Positions 42,805-55,685 of a stretch of 64,000 bases of DNA are shown here, in pieces. Location: positions 58,838,001 through 58,902,000 of the forward strand of contig OX597825.1 of the NCBI GenBank assembly GCA_951406725.2. Direction: 5' to 3'. Origin of the DNA: Octopus vulgaris. Lineage: Eukaryota. Below the pieces are notes generated by a model. The model was not told the origin of the DNA. It saw nothing but the letters and a program-made list of their open reading frames with translations, and did no database searches. Position numbers and translations under genes: made by a program. Position 1 is the stretch's first letter, and every line of letters begins with the position of its first letter.

Positions 42805-43292
42805 GAAGGCCTGAAGAGTAGAGACATCAGCCTTGCTACCAAATGCAGATTGGTGAATGCAATTGTCTTCCCAATAGCAACATATGGATGCAAGACCTGG
42901 ACACTAAAGAAAGCTGACCAGAAGAGAATTAATGTATTCGAACTTTGGTGTTGGAGAAGACTTTTACAGATTCCAAGGACAGCAAGGCTCACCAATGGAG
43001 AAGTTCTTAAGCAGATCAGGCCGAAAATATCGCTAGAAGCTAAGATCACCAAGCATAGATTGACATATTTTGGTCATATTATGAGGAGAAAATCCCTGGA
43101 GAAGGACATCATGCTCGGAATGGTCAGAGGCAAGAGAGGAAGAGGTTGACCAAGAACTCGCTGGCTTGACACCAAGAGTGACACGGAAATGGACATAGCC
43201 AATCTGAAAGAAGCGACCCAGGATAGAACTGGCTGGAGGACACTGATTCATCGAGTAACCGAGAGTCGACTTCGACTGAGCGGATAGATAGA
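42805..43292 (+). mobile_element. RTE-BovB-like LINE 3' fragment in an MRG15 intron (antisense to the gene)
   Basis: LKSRDISLATKCRLVNAIVFP..TYGC.TWT.KKAD..RI..FELWCWRRLL...YFGHIMRR.SLEK..MLG...G.R.RG*PR.RWLD. Confidence 0.9.
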
Positions 43293-45259
43293 CACAACAA
43301 AAGTGTAAATTGGGGAATCCACAATAGTATTTTAAGGGCCCTTGAAAAAATTTGCTTTGTTGTGTGTATTGGTGTGTATTGCAAAAAACAGGGTTCTTTC
43401 TATTGCTAGATGCCTTCTTTCTGTAACATATTACATAGTTCAACCTACAATAAGTTAATGTGTGAAAAACAAAATAAGAGTCTTGAAAGAAGTTTCAATA
43501 AAACTAACTTTTAAATATTGAATGGCTCGGCAGGTAGCAGAATAAAATAGTAATCCATAGATAAAAAAATGAATGAGAACCCCTGAGGTTTATCATCATT
43601 TAGCATCTGTTTTCCATGCTGGCATCGATTAAATGGTTCAAATAGAACTGGTCTAGAGAGCTGCACCAGGCTCTGGTCTGTTTTGGCTTAGTTTCTATTG
43701 CTGGATACTTTCCTAACACCAACCGATCCACGAAGTGTACTGGGTGTCTTTTATGTGTTACCAGCATGGGTGCCAATAATGTGTCACTGGCACAAATGCC
43801 TTTAACCGTTTCATTATTGTATTTATTTTGAGACGCTCTGTGTTTCTTTCAGTTATTTAAAATATAACAAAGAATTTAGTAAAATAACTTAGTTATCATT
43901 AAGCTAGTGTTAAGAACATAAATTGTGACTAAGATTTTGGTGGAAGATTTTAATTCAAAACTTATGAAAACAAGGCATTTGTACTCAGAACCAGAGCTGG
44001 TTTCAGCTGGGTTGGTAACAAAAGGGTTAATGTGTCACCTGTGTGGGTGCCTTTAGCATGTGCAGTGACTGATGAGTGTGTTTGGTCAAGGTTTACATTT
44101 TAAGAAGCTGATTAGAATGCCATCACATGTATGGATAATGTTGGTCTGATACTAGTTATTGAGACCAATTTGATATAGAAAAAAAAATACCAGTGAGGGA
44201 ACTACTATGTTGTTGTTTGACTTGTTAAACACAACAGCCAAATTTCCTTCAAATCAAACTTTCACATTTTAACCCTTTTGATAGCAAATCATCTGAGACT
44301 GCCCTTGGTTCTATGAGGAAATAAAACTTCCTGTTTTTAAATTAAAATCTTCCATCAAAATATCGTGTGAATTTATGTTCCAAACATCAGCTTCATAGTG
44401 ACAAAGTTATTTTACAAAATTCTCCATTGTTTTCAAAATTACTTGAAACAAAGTCAGCATATTTCAACAGAAATAAAGCAAACAAAAGTTACCATCCCTT
44501 TTGATACGAACCCACTTAAGACTGTCCCTGATTCTATGATATAAACTTCCTTTTTAACCCTTTCATTACCAACCTGGCTGAAAAGTAGCTCTGGCTTGGA
44601 GTACAAACATTCTTGTTTTCATAAACTTTAAATTAAAATCTTTCACCAAACCTTAGTCACAATTTATGTTCCTAACACTAGCTGAATGATAACTAAGTTA
44701 TTATTTTACTAAATTTTTGGGTTATATTTAAAGTAATTGAAAGAAACACAGCATCTCAAAATAAATACAGTAACGAAAGGGTTAAAGTGATCTTAATTAA
44801 AACATTCCAACACAGTTTCATGTTGGGCTGGCAGAATCATTAGCAAACCGGGTGAAATGATTAGCTGCATTTCATCCATCTTCACATTCTGAGTTCAAAT
44901 TCTGAGATTGACTTTGTTTTTTATCCTTTCGGGGTCGAGAAAATAAGTACCAGTTGAGTATTGAGGTCAATGTAATTGACTTGCTCTCCCACAAAATTGC
45001 TGGCCTTATACCAAAATTTGAAATAAATTTATGTTCTAAACACCAGATCAATAATGACAAAGTTATTTTGCTATATTCTTCATCATTTTTAAAATGAACA
45101 GAAACAAACACTGTGTATTTTTGTGTTGTCATGAGCTTCATATAGATCTGTTGCAGTACTGCAACATGCATGAAAACAGTCTTTGTAAGGAACATATATA
45201 TAGAATGGTTGCCTTTAAATCAACAACTTCATGAAACATAGTGAGGAATGGGCTCTTAC

Positions 45260-45329
45260 CAAATAGTCGCAGCAAATGAATTACTCCATAAATGGCTGAC
45301 ATGGGGGTGTCAGGATAGTCAGCTAGAAT
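45260..45329 (-). CDS. MORF4L1: MRG15 exon (ILADYPDTPMSAIYGVIHLLRLF)
   Basis: cag/gtaaga, YG..HLLRLF motif. Confidence 0.97.
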
Positions 45330-45758
45330 CTGAAAACAACAAAAACAAATCAAAAATATGAGATGGGCAGAGATTATCGATGCAGTGAGAAGAAAAAATT
45401 AACTATAAGGTTATATTTAGTGCTGGGGCACTGCCTTGAAGAACTTTTAGTTGAATGAATCAACCCAAATATTTATTCATTTATTTATTTATTTAAGCCT
45501 GATACTGATTCTATCAGTCTCTTTTTGCTGAACTGCAAAGTTACAGATATGTAAACAAACCAACACCGGTTGTCAAGTGGTAGTGGCTGACAAACACAGG
45601 CACAAAGACACACATATACAATGGGCTTCTCTCTACCAAATCCACTTGCAAGGCTTCGGTCAGCCCAAGGTGCCATGCAGTGGAACTGAACCTGGAACCA
45701 TGTGGCTGGGAAGCAAACTTCTTACCACACAGCCACTTTCATGATAAATTTTTAATTA

Positions 45759-46252
45759 CCGTAAATCCTCAAGTATAATCCACATTTTTTCCCAAAAAAA
45801 TTTAAAGGTCAAAATCCCTAGTGCGTACTACATACTAAGTTAAAAATGAAAATTATTTTCTAAGCAATGTCCGAGTCTCTATTTGCTGTCTGGCAATGTT
45901 TATTCAGACGCATTTTGTGATGTCAGGTGCGAAAATACCTTAAGCTAAGCCTGAAAGCAATGAAGTCATAAAAGAATCATCCATAACTTGCAGTAAGCAA
46001 CATTTATTAAACGTTAAAACTGTTATTACTTTATTTTCTACAAACAAAATGCACAAGAAAGTTACATGTTTGCATTATGTTATATACACAATAATAATAA
46101 AGGACATTGCCATATACATTTTGACAAACCAAGGACGTTATATAGACCTCCTTGACTCAAGTTAGAGAAGGTTTAGGTTTTTCAGAGGTACAGCCCCCTA
46201 CAAATCCCCTGTGTATTATACTTAAGGGCGAGCTATACTCGAGGATTTACGC
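45759..46252 (-). mobile_element. Same DNA transposon, copy 2, inverted relative to copy 1
   Basis: Same TIRs and TA TSD; interior is the reverse complement of 41383-41892. Confidence 0.85.
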
Positions 46253-46677
46253 TATTATGAAATTACTTCGTCTTTGAGTGTACAAACAATTATTTTTACT
46301 GGTTTTTTTTTTGTTTTTGTTTTCTTTCTCTAATCAAGAAGAAACTGTCACTTAATCATTTTTCATAGATAGCATTCACGACATTCAGTGAATTATTCTT
46401 TAGCTCATTTATCAAAATTTATGCTATTGGCTCATTTAAGTTACTTCCCTTAGCTCATGACTGCATCTGGTTTTCTGATATAAAATTCAGTGATTTAAAG
46501 TAAAAATTATCAAAATATCATATTAATTGGTATTTCAAATATCAGATTAATAATGACAAGATTATTTTACTAAATTCTCCCTTATTTCCAAAATTAATTG
46601 AAGTGAAGGCAGTGTATTTCAAGAGAAGCATGGTAACAAAAGCGTTAATGGTGACAAATGCTGGAAATACCACTTAC

Positions 46678-46777
46678 CTCAGCATATTGTGGTCTCTCAA
46701 ATTTGTATAGTAACTGTGTCCCTAACATAACGTTAAAATATTCCCGGATTCCATGGGTCACTTGCAACAAAGTCTCC
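46678..46777 (-). CDS. MORF4L1: MRG15 exon (ETLLQVTHGIREYFNVMLGTQLLYKFERPQYAE)
   Basis: tag/gtaagt, EYFNVMLGTQLLYKFERPQYAE hallmark. Confidence 0.97.
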
Positions 46778-47414
46778 CTAAAATTCAGATATTCATTCAG
46801 GTGTGAAAAAGGGAAGAAATTTAAGATAAAAAAAAAAAAAAACATTGGATTTTTAAAGAAGATCATTTTTAAGTCAGGCACAAGGACAAAATATTTTTAG
46901 AAAATTGTGGGAGAATAATAATTGCTCTTTATTGTTCTTGCCAAATGCACCCAGTATAACACAGTACGAGAGACAAATTAAACCCTGGCAACACTTGGAA
47001 TCAGAAGAGAATTAAGAAGAAAAAAAAAAATCTCTGCTGAGTGGTTGGTGTTAGGAAGGGCATCCAGCTTTAAAAATCCTGCTGAAACAGTTACAGAAGT
47101 CTGGTGCAGGTTTCTGCCTGGCTGGCTCTTGTCAAACTGTTCCACTTATGTCAGTATGGAAGGCGGACATTAAATGATGATGATGATTACTCAGTGAAAT
47201 GTAAAATTCATTCATTCATGTAATAGTTTTGAATTAATCATGCATTATCTCATGACTTAAAGAGTTTGCTGTGGTTGCTTATTTTTAGAATGACATTTTA
47301 GGGTAGGTGTAAGAGACCAGATATGGTCAGTTTGAACATAAAACAAGATGAATATTTGGACAAGATATAGCTGGTTTACAATGCTAAAGGGTCCATTAAT
47401 AAGTTTTTATTAAC

Positions 47415-47730
47415 ATTGTTATGAGGACAATCATACTTTGCCAATTAAGCACATGCACTATATATTTGGTCTTCATTTCAGCATTATTATTATTATTTTA
47501 GTTTCTTTGTCCAAGTTCTTTCGTCACATCCTGTGACTTCAACAATTTTCTAAATGGAATAAGCAGGCAAGAGAAGACACATGAAAAAAACAACAACTGC
47601 CAAAGAGGTCACAGGATGTGTGACAAAAGAACTTTGACCAATAATAGTAACAACAAAGCTGAAGTGAAGACCAAATATAGTGTGTGTGTTTAATCACCAA
47701 AATATGACCATCCCTAAGTATAACAACATC
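47415..47730. mobile_element. Palindromic MITE (related copy about 50135-50410)
   Basis: CACTATATATTTGGTCTTCA / TGAAGACCAAATATAGTG and CACATCCTGTGAC / GTCACAGGATGTG arms. Confidence 0.7.
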
Positions 47731-50513
47731 TGTTTCAACTCATGGTTTCACATCAAGAATCTTGCAAAACATTCTTATTAATCATTTTTAGGTAAGTATA
47801 TGACTAAACTCACAATTATTTTATCATCATATAGCAATGGTTCCAATAACCAAAGAACTCATTCCTTAATGTTACGGTCAGACTACTTTAATAAAACATT
47901 AGAAGAAACAAAACTATTTCAGAGGAAGAATTTAATCATATAAAACCACAATGTGTTTTACGCATTGTGGTTTTATATGAATAAATAATAACTTATTATT
48001 TTAAAAATAGTTAATGTATTTTTTGATAAAATAAATAAAATATTTATTAAAAGATACTTTATCTCATGGAACCCTACAGATCCTGAATCTGAAGAACCCA
48101 AATTGAGAAAAATTCTCTTAACCCTTTTGATGCTGATCCATCTAAGACAGCACTTGGCTCTATGACAAACTGTGTGTTTAATCATTTACCATTTTAACCA
48201 GCCATATCTGGCTGAAATGTTCTACTTGGCCAGATTCAGCTTCTCACACTTACCCTACAATGTCATTATAAAACTAAGCAATCAGATCATCAAAATCTTA
48301 AATGGACAAGATAATACATACATAATTCAAAACATGAATCAATAAACATTACATATGACGAAAAATAATCTGAATGCTAAAAGGTTAAAGTTATCTAAAT
48401 TCAAACTTTCCATTAAAATTCCATACTATGTTCCAAATACCAGGTAAATAAAGGAAAAGTTATTTTACTAAATTCTTCGTTATTTTCAAAATCAATTGAC
48501 ACAAAGACAAATATGATTAACAAAAGGGTTATAGGGATCAAACACAATGTCAGACCCTTTACCTAACAGGATTTCAATGCATAACATAAAGGGACATAAT
48601 AAGATAGTGCAAAGGTATTTAATTGTGCGGTTACTTCAACATTTCTGACAATCAATAATAAATATAAACAAAAATAATCAACATCATCATCATTTAACGT
48701 CCGTTGTCCATGCTGGCACGGGTTGGACAGTGTGACCAATGTGACATATAGTGTGACCAGAACTGGCAAGCTGTACCAGAGCTGGCAAGATATCTAATTT
48801 GGCACGGTTTCTACTGCTGGATGCCCTTCCTAATACCAACCACTTTACAGAGTGTGCTGGGTGCTTTCATGTGGTACTACATGGGTCCTGTTATGTGGCA
48901 CTTTTACATGGCACTGCACAGGTGCATTTACATGATGCTACATACTCATAAAATCAATACACAAAGGAAAAATAACAACACACAGAGTGAGATTGACACT
49001 TAGAGAGGATAAGTGTAATCTGAAGACCCAGATCAGGTGTTTTCAACCATTTTTAAAAAATCTATGAACCCCCTTTGATCACTCTTTTATTCTGGTGGAC
49101 GCCCATACTTATTCAATGTTTAAAAACTTGTTTTATAGCTATTTCTTTCAACATACCTGTCTTGTTTTTCACACATTAACTCGTGTAGGTTGAACTAAAG
49201 AAAATGTTAGAGAAAGAAGGTATTCAGTCATAGAAAGAACCCAGCTGTTTGTTGCAAAACATACCAGGCCCTTAAAATGAATGCTATTGGATCCCCAATT
49301 TACTATTTTGTTACGTGGACCCCCAAAAATCTTATATGGATTCTCAGGAACCATACGAACCCCAGCTGAGAACTACCGATCTAGACCCCTTAAGCCTCAA
49401 TAATCTCAATATGAAGAAGTCATCCCATCATTTTACATCCACTTTCCATGCTGGTATGAGTTAGGTGGATCATTTTGGTCCAAGTTGCTTCCTACTGTGA
49501 GCCACTGCTCCCATAGACATGTGATTGTACAAGTCATTTGGCTTAGTTTCTATGGCTTCAGTATATTGGAAACAATCTTCACCTTTGGAAATGGGGGGGA
49601 GGAGGCATCCAACCATCAAAAATCTACCTGAAACACTAGAGAGAGAGAAGTTTGAATCCAAGGGACTGCAACAGTAATGTGAAATCAAATGATGATGATA
49701 ATCATTGTTTAATGTCCATTTCCATGCTGGCATAAGAGGATGGGTTTGACAGGAATTGATGAGGCAGGGAACTGCTGCAAGCTCCAAAGTCTGCTTTGGC
49801 ACAGTTTCTATGACTGGATGCTCTTCCTAACACCAACCACTTTACAGAAAGTACTGGCACTAGTAAGGTCACCCTCAACTGAGTTGGAGTATAGTTTGAG
49901 AGAGGTGAAAGTATGAAAGAGGAAGAACAGGTGTCATGTTGAAGAGGAGATACATGGAATCTTCAACTGGAAAGGAAGTGAGAAATAGTGAGGGTATACT
50001 CTCAAGGCATAAGGTGAATATAAGAGAGAGAATGTGCTTCAAAAACCCATCAAATCCTTGTGCAAGTACAGAAAAAAAAAGCAGATGTAAAATTATAATG
50101 AATTGTTTGCAAACAAAATGAAATTAATTAAATACGTTATTGTTATATTTGGAGGAGAAGGGTCATTTATTTTCCCTTGCCAAATAAACACATGCACTAT
50201 ATATTTGTTCTTCACTTGTTTATTACTATTCTCTGAGGACAGGAGACAGATGGGATGAAAAGTTACTGAAGAGGTCACAAGTGTGTGGCAAAAGATTTCC
50301 AACCATTGGACATTAAATAAGAACAGTAATCAACAAGTGAAGAACGAATATATAGTGCATGTGTTTATTTGGAAAGAAAAAAATGACCATCCCCAAATAC
50401 AACAATATCTGTTTCAACACACGATTACACATCAGGAATCTTGCAAAACAAATACATAAACGTAAAAAATTAAATATATTACTGTTTAATTAATGTAGAA
50501 AAGTTGAGCTTAC

Positions 50514-50599
50514 TTGGGCATGGTCCCTGTTTTTAGCTTGTAGGCCAGATATTGCTCTAAGATTGAGTCAATTGTGGTTCGAGCAGGTAATGAGACCAG
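50514..50599 (-). CDS. MORF4L1: MRG15 exon (LVSLPARTTIDSILEQYLAYKLKTGTMP)
   Basis: tag/gtaagc, LPA...DSILE.Y motif, phases fit. Confidence 0.95.
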
Positions 50600-50925
50600 C
50601 TAGAGAGAAAAAAAGAAAAACATAAAATACATACAGATTTCACGAGAAAAACCTATCATCAAAGGGGTTCCAACCACGACATGACCATCCTGTCTTTCTA
50701 GGTGGTTCCTAAGACTGCTTTAACCCACGTCATTTACTTTATTGTAAAGAAGGATGTAATTTGAGGGAGATTTAGCTGCTATTTCTAGGGCCCCTTGTTA
50801 CTTTGATACAGATCAGATTTTTTATTCTTGTATCAGTCATTAGAGTGTGGCACCGTATTGAAGAATTTTAGTCAAACAAATCACCTCAGTACTTTTCTTG
50901 TAAAGTCTGGTACTTATTCTATCAG

Positions 50926-51300
50926 GTGCAGGAGTGGCTGTGTGGTAAGTAGCTTGCTTACCAACCACATGGTTCTAGGTTCAGTCCCACTGGGTGGCAC
51001 CTAGGGCAAATGTCTTCTACTATAACCGCGGGCTGACCAGAGCCTTATGAGTGGACTTGGTAGACGGAAACCGAAAGAAGCCAGTCGTGTATGTGTGTGT
51101 GTGTGTCTGTGTTTGTCCCAACATCGATGACAACTGACGCTGGTGTGTTTACATCCCCGTAACTTAGCGGTTTTGCAAAAGAGACCGATAGAATAAGTAC
51201 TAGGCTTACAAAGAATAAGCCCTGGCATTGATTTGCTCGACTAAAGGTGGTGCTCCAGCATGGCCGCAGTCAAATGACTGAAACAAGCAAAGGAGTAAAG
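50926..51300 (+). mobile_element. tRNA-derived SINE with internal (TG/TA)n (dozens of copies, e.g. 11556-12120 +, 16682-17070 -, 31187-31583 +, 35193-35600 +)
   Basis: TGGCTGTGTGGTAAG A-box, GGTTCAGTCCC B-box, CCTTGGGCAAGT CORE-like block, GTAAAAGA tail. Confidence 0.8.
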
Positions 51301-52033
51301 AGTCTCTTTTGCCAAACTGCTGAGTTACAGGGATGTAAACACTCCAACACCAGTTGTGAAGCAGAGGTGAGAGAACAAAGACAGACACACACACACACAT
51401 AGCAGGCTTCTTTGAGTTTCCATCTACCAAATCTGCCCACAAGGTTTTGGTTGATCCAAAGCTATAGAAGATACTTGCCTAAGATGCCACGCAGTGGAAC
51501 TGAACCTAAAACCATGCAGTAGGGAAACAAGCTTTTTACCACACGGCCATGCCTGCACTTACCTATATATGTGAGTGTGTGTGAGTATGTGTATACACAG
51601 GTACACTGCTGATTTTCTGGCTGGTTTTTAAGCATCACAAGCACAAATGCCTTTACATGTCACCTGCATGGGTGCATTTTACATGTCACTTTACTTCAGA
51701 TAAATTACAAGAGGGGTAATTGAAATTCCCATGGGTGCCGGTCTCGTTTAATGTACAACCATAGGTGATGATGTGTGTACTAGATAAAGGGTGAAGACTC
51801 CCTCCATCCAGCACATGCCAGCATGGAAAACAGAGGTATGATGATGATGAAAATAAGTGTTGGGCTTAATTCGTTTGACTAAACTTTTCAAGGTGAGGTT
51901 CCAGCATGGTCGCAGTCCAATGACTGATAACAAGTAAAAGAATAAAATAAAAGAATCTGAGACAAAATCCTGGGTATTGTCAGTTTTCAATTGAAGAGAT
52001 GTTTTATGATGGAAATGATATTATCTTCTCTAC

Positions 52034-52135
52034 CTGCTTCTGCCTGGTTATTAAGTCCCAGTCATCAACAAGCCAGGGTTTCAAATCTTCGGGTAGCTTT
52101 ACTTTTATTTCCATCTTTGATGGGAAATGATCCTC
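52034..52135 (-). CDS. MORF4L1: MRG15 exon ([34 protein letters not shown]), MRG domain start
   Basis: cag/gtagag, [17 protein letters not shown] hallmark. Confidence 0.97.
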
Positions 52136-52477
52136 CTGAAGGAATACAAACATAAATGTTTTTAAAAAAAGGGTAAAAAAAAACAGCAAACAGTTTTAGA
52201 GAGAGAGAGTGAATAGCTGAATCAGTAAACTGCCAGACAAAATGGTTAAAGACTGGCAAAAATGGTCAAATGTGGAATAAAAGACCTTGTGGTGTAGCTG
52301 TGCGGTAAGAAGCTTGCTTCCCAATCACATGGTTCCGGGTTCAGTCCCATTGCATGACACCTTGGGTAAGTGTCTTCTATTATAGCTTTGGGCTGGGCAA
52401 AGCACTGTGAGTGGATTTGGTAGACGGAAACTGAAAGAAGCCTGTTGTACATGTGTGCGTGTGTGTGTGGGTGAGTA

Positions 52478-52630
52478 CATGAGTGGGTACCCAAAAGAAA
52501 CTGGAATTTTGCAATATTATTTTATTCACTTAATTTTATATGTTTACACTTTTATTGCTGTCAAAGTATTCTCCATTTGAAGCAATGCATCAATCCAGAC
52601 ATGTTTTTCACCAATGGAAGCATTGCTGTT
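52478..52630 (-). mobile_element. mariner 3' end relic
   Basis: CIASNGEYFD C-terminal motif next to a TIR-like end. Confidence 0.55.
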
Positions 52631-52934
52631 GGTGGTGGCACTGGGTTGGTTAGTTCCATGCCAGCTCTGATCATGCAGATTTGTTAGAAAAGGGCCCCAA
52701 CCATGGCCACTACTTCCTATTTTTCAAACATTGTAAGGGACATCATATAACATACATATATATATATATATATATATACAAATAATAAAAAAAAGTCCAC
52801 CATGTGGTCACTCTATCGCTAGACATAGATCCGCAAAGGGAATCCGCCACCAAGGAATTGTTCTCAAGAATTAATTCAACACGCCAAGAATGTAAGCGAG
52901 CAGGACAAATGAAAAATAACAAAAAAATAGATTA

Positions 52935-53011
52935 ACTCTATACAATTGTTTCATCGTTAATAGATTGTGTAGTTTTACTTACATAAGCATTTTTCGAATC
53001 GTCAGTAGAGT
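52935..53011 (-). ncRNA. Type I minimal hammerhead ribozyme motif (Penelope-type)
   Basis: Minus strand reads ACTCTA-CTGACGA-TTCG...CGAT-GAAAC-AATT-GTA-TAGAGT: perfect 6-bp stem I, intact core, palindromic stem III loop. Confidence 0.75.
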
Positions 53012-53592
53012 ATATCAGAAATAATGTATGTATATCAGCAGAGTTTTGGCTGCATGATTAAGAATAGGCACAGGTGTGGCTGTGTGATTAAGAAGTTTGC
53101 TCCCTCACCATGTGGTCTCAGGTTCAATCCCACTGTGTGGCACCTTGAACAAGCTCCAGCCTGACCAAAACCTTGTGACTGAATTTGGTAAACAGAGACT
53201 AAAATAAGTCTGTCAACTAAGTATGTGTGTGTGTGTGTGTGTGTGTTGATCTGTACCCTTGTCTCGATAACATGTGGACAGAATTTATTAAACACAGAAC
53301 ATAAGGTGACAGAAGAAATGCTGCTAAGCATTTTCTCTGGCACTCTAACGATTCCGCCAGCTCGGTGATGATGATGAAAAATAATTAAGTCAAACATTAC
53401 AATATATATATACCAGCAATTAACCAGAGATGAAACATGTTTAGTTAAAAGCACAAAAGTCAAAGAAACCCATATATAAAAGTCAAAGAAATCCATATAT
53501 AAAAGTCAAAGAAACCCATATATAAAAAATGTGTATCAAAAAATTAGGAAGTTAGAAATAACATTTTCAGTTATTGGGTCCATAGAAGTTAC

Positions 53593-53847
53593 CTTTTCTG
53601 TAATACTGATTTCTCGGATCTGTGTGTGGATTTGACATGGTTTGCTGTCTTTTTCCACATTTGTACTGTTGCTTATTTCTGAATGGTCCGATTCATTAGG
53701 GGAGTCCACCTCTTTTCTACCTTTACCCCGACCACGCTTCTGCAGGTTCCAATCACTGCTGTTCACTTTGTTGTCTTCAGATGCAGACTTTCGTACTTTA
53801 TCAGATGCTTTCCAAGCAGCTCTTCGGGATGTTGATTCTTCTTTCTC
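53593..53847 (-). CDS. MORF4L1: MRG15 putative lineage-specific/cassette exon, 85 aa (EKEESTSRRAAWKASDKVRK...QIREISITEK)
   Basis: 255-nt stop-free frame, tag acceptor, AAG|gtaact donor, phase 0/0, between two phase-0 MRG15 exons; no counterpart in canonical MRG15. Confidence 0.65.
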
Positions 53848-55569
53848 CTATAAATTATTAATAATAATAATAACAGTAGTAGTAGTAGTAGTAATAATAA
53901 TAATAATCCTTTCTATTATAGGCACAAGGTCTGAAATTTTAGGAGAGGGGACCAGTTGATTACATCAACCCCAGTGTTTCACTGGTACTTAATTTATCGA
54001 CCCTGAAAGGATGAAAGCCAAAGTTGACCTTGGCGGAATTTGAACCCAGAACGTAGTGATGGGCGAAATATCGCTAAGCATTTCATGCAGTGTGCTAACG
54101 ATTCTGCCAGCTTGCCACCTTAATAATAATAATCCTTTCTACTATAGGCACAATGTCTGAAATTTTGGGTGAGGGGGACTAGATTACATTGACATGTATT
54201 TTGGGTGAGGGGGACTAGATTACATTAAACTCACTGTATTCAAACCCCGAAAGGATGAGAGGCAAAGCTGACCTTGGCAGAATTTGAACTCAGAACACAA
54301 AGTATATATGCTGTTAAGCATTTTGCCTGGCATGTTAACGATTCTGCTAGCTCACCATAATAATAATTCTTTCTAATTTTGGCACATGGCCAGCAATTTT
54401 GAGGAGAGGAGGCAAGTCAATTACATTTACCCAGTATTTAACCGGTACTTTATTTTACTGACCCTGAAAGGATGAAAGGCAAAGCAAAGTCAACCTAAGC
54501 GGCATTTGAACTCAGAATGCGAAGAGCCTGAAGAAATGCTACTAAATATTTTGTCTGACATGGTAATGATCCTGCCAGCTTGCTGCCTTGAACTGTAATA
54601 ACCTGTCCAACTCACACCAACAAGGAAAGTAAATGCAAAATGATCATGAATTCCAAATTAATTTGGTAAACAAGAAACAATTCTCAGAACTACCATTTCA
54701 AAACTGATTACAGCTAAGTTCAGTCTAAATGTTTTGGTTTTGTTGATTGTTTCAAAGGAATTTTTTTTCATCTATTTCATATTCTCATTGAACCATGGAA
54801 TTCTCACAGAATAACCATTTACCAATCTCTTTCCATTCATGGGTTTCCTTATTTAACCAAAATGACTAAAAACTATACAGGCATACATCAATTCATGTTG
54901 TTTCAAGTTGCATCTTTTTCAAATTAATGTTGTTTTTTAAAGAAATTAATAGAAAAAAAAAAACCCTTCAATTTCAGTTTACATCAGTTTAGGGGAACAT
55001 ATTTAAAAGCATAAAAATTTTAGAAAACACTTAAAAGTCAAAACTGAAGTGGAAAATCAAATAAAATACATTTGAAAATATGAACAAACCATTTATTAAA
55101 AGTGATATAAAGTAATAAATCTTTAAAAATGTTTTTCCGTGTTATGTTGATTTTTGAGTGAAGTTGCATGCCTTGGAACCATTTACCAATGGAAGCTGAG
55201 ATATGCCTGTATGTGGCACTGTCAGTTACGAGGGTTCCAGTTGATCTGATCAATGGAACAGCTTGCTTGTGAAATTACTATGCAAGTGGCTGAATACTCC
55301 CCAGACACATGTACCCTTAATGTAGTTCACAAGGAGATTCAGTGTGCACAGGATGTGACAAAGCTGGCCCTTTGAATTACACAGGTACAACTCATTTTTG
55401 CCAGCTGAGTGGACTGGAGCAATGCAAAAGAAAGTGTCTTGCTCAGGGGCACAATATACAGCCAGGTTGCGTGCTTTCACACATGGCTTATATGTACCTG
55501 TGTAAGGAACATGAAATAAACACGCTTCTGTTTAATAAAAGTATGAACTCAAAGAACATTTTAACTTAC

Positions 55570-55685
55570 TGATTCCACATTGGAGTCTAGTTTTGCCTTC
55601 TTTCGCTTTAAGTCTGCACTTGTTGTCTGTGTTGAGGCTGCACTTGAAGATGCACTATTGTTGCTGTCAGTGGCTGATGATTGGG
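55570..55685 (-). CDS. MORF4L1: MRG15 exon 6 (QSSATDSNNSASS...DLKRKKAKLDSNVES)
   Basis: tag/gtaagt; KRKKAKLDSNVES corresponds to vertebrate RKKRARVDPTVEN. Confidence 0.9.
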
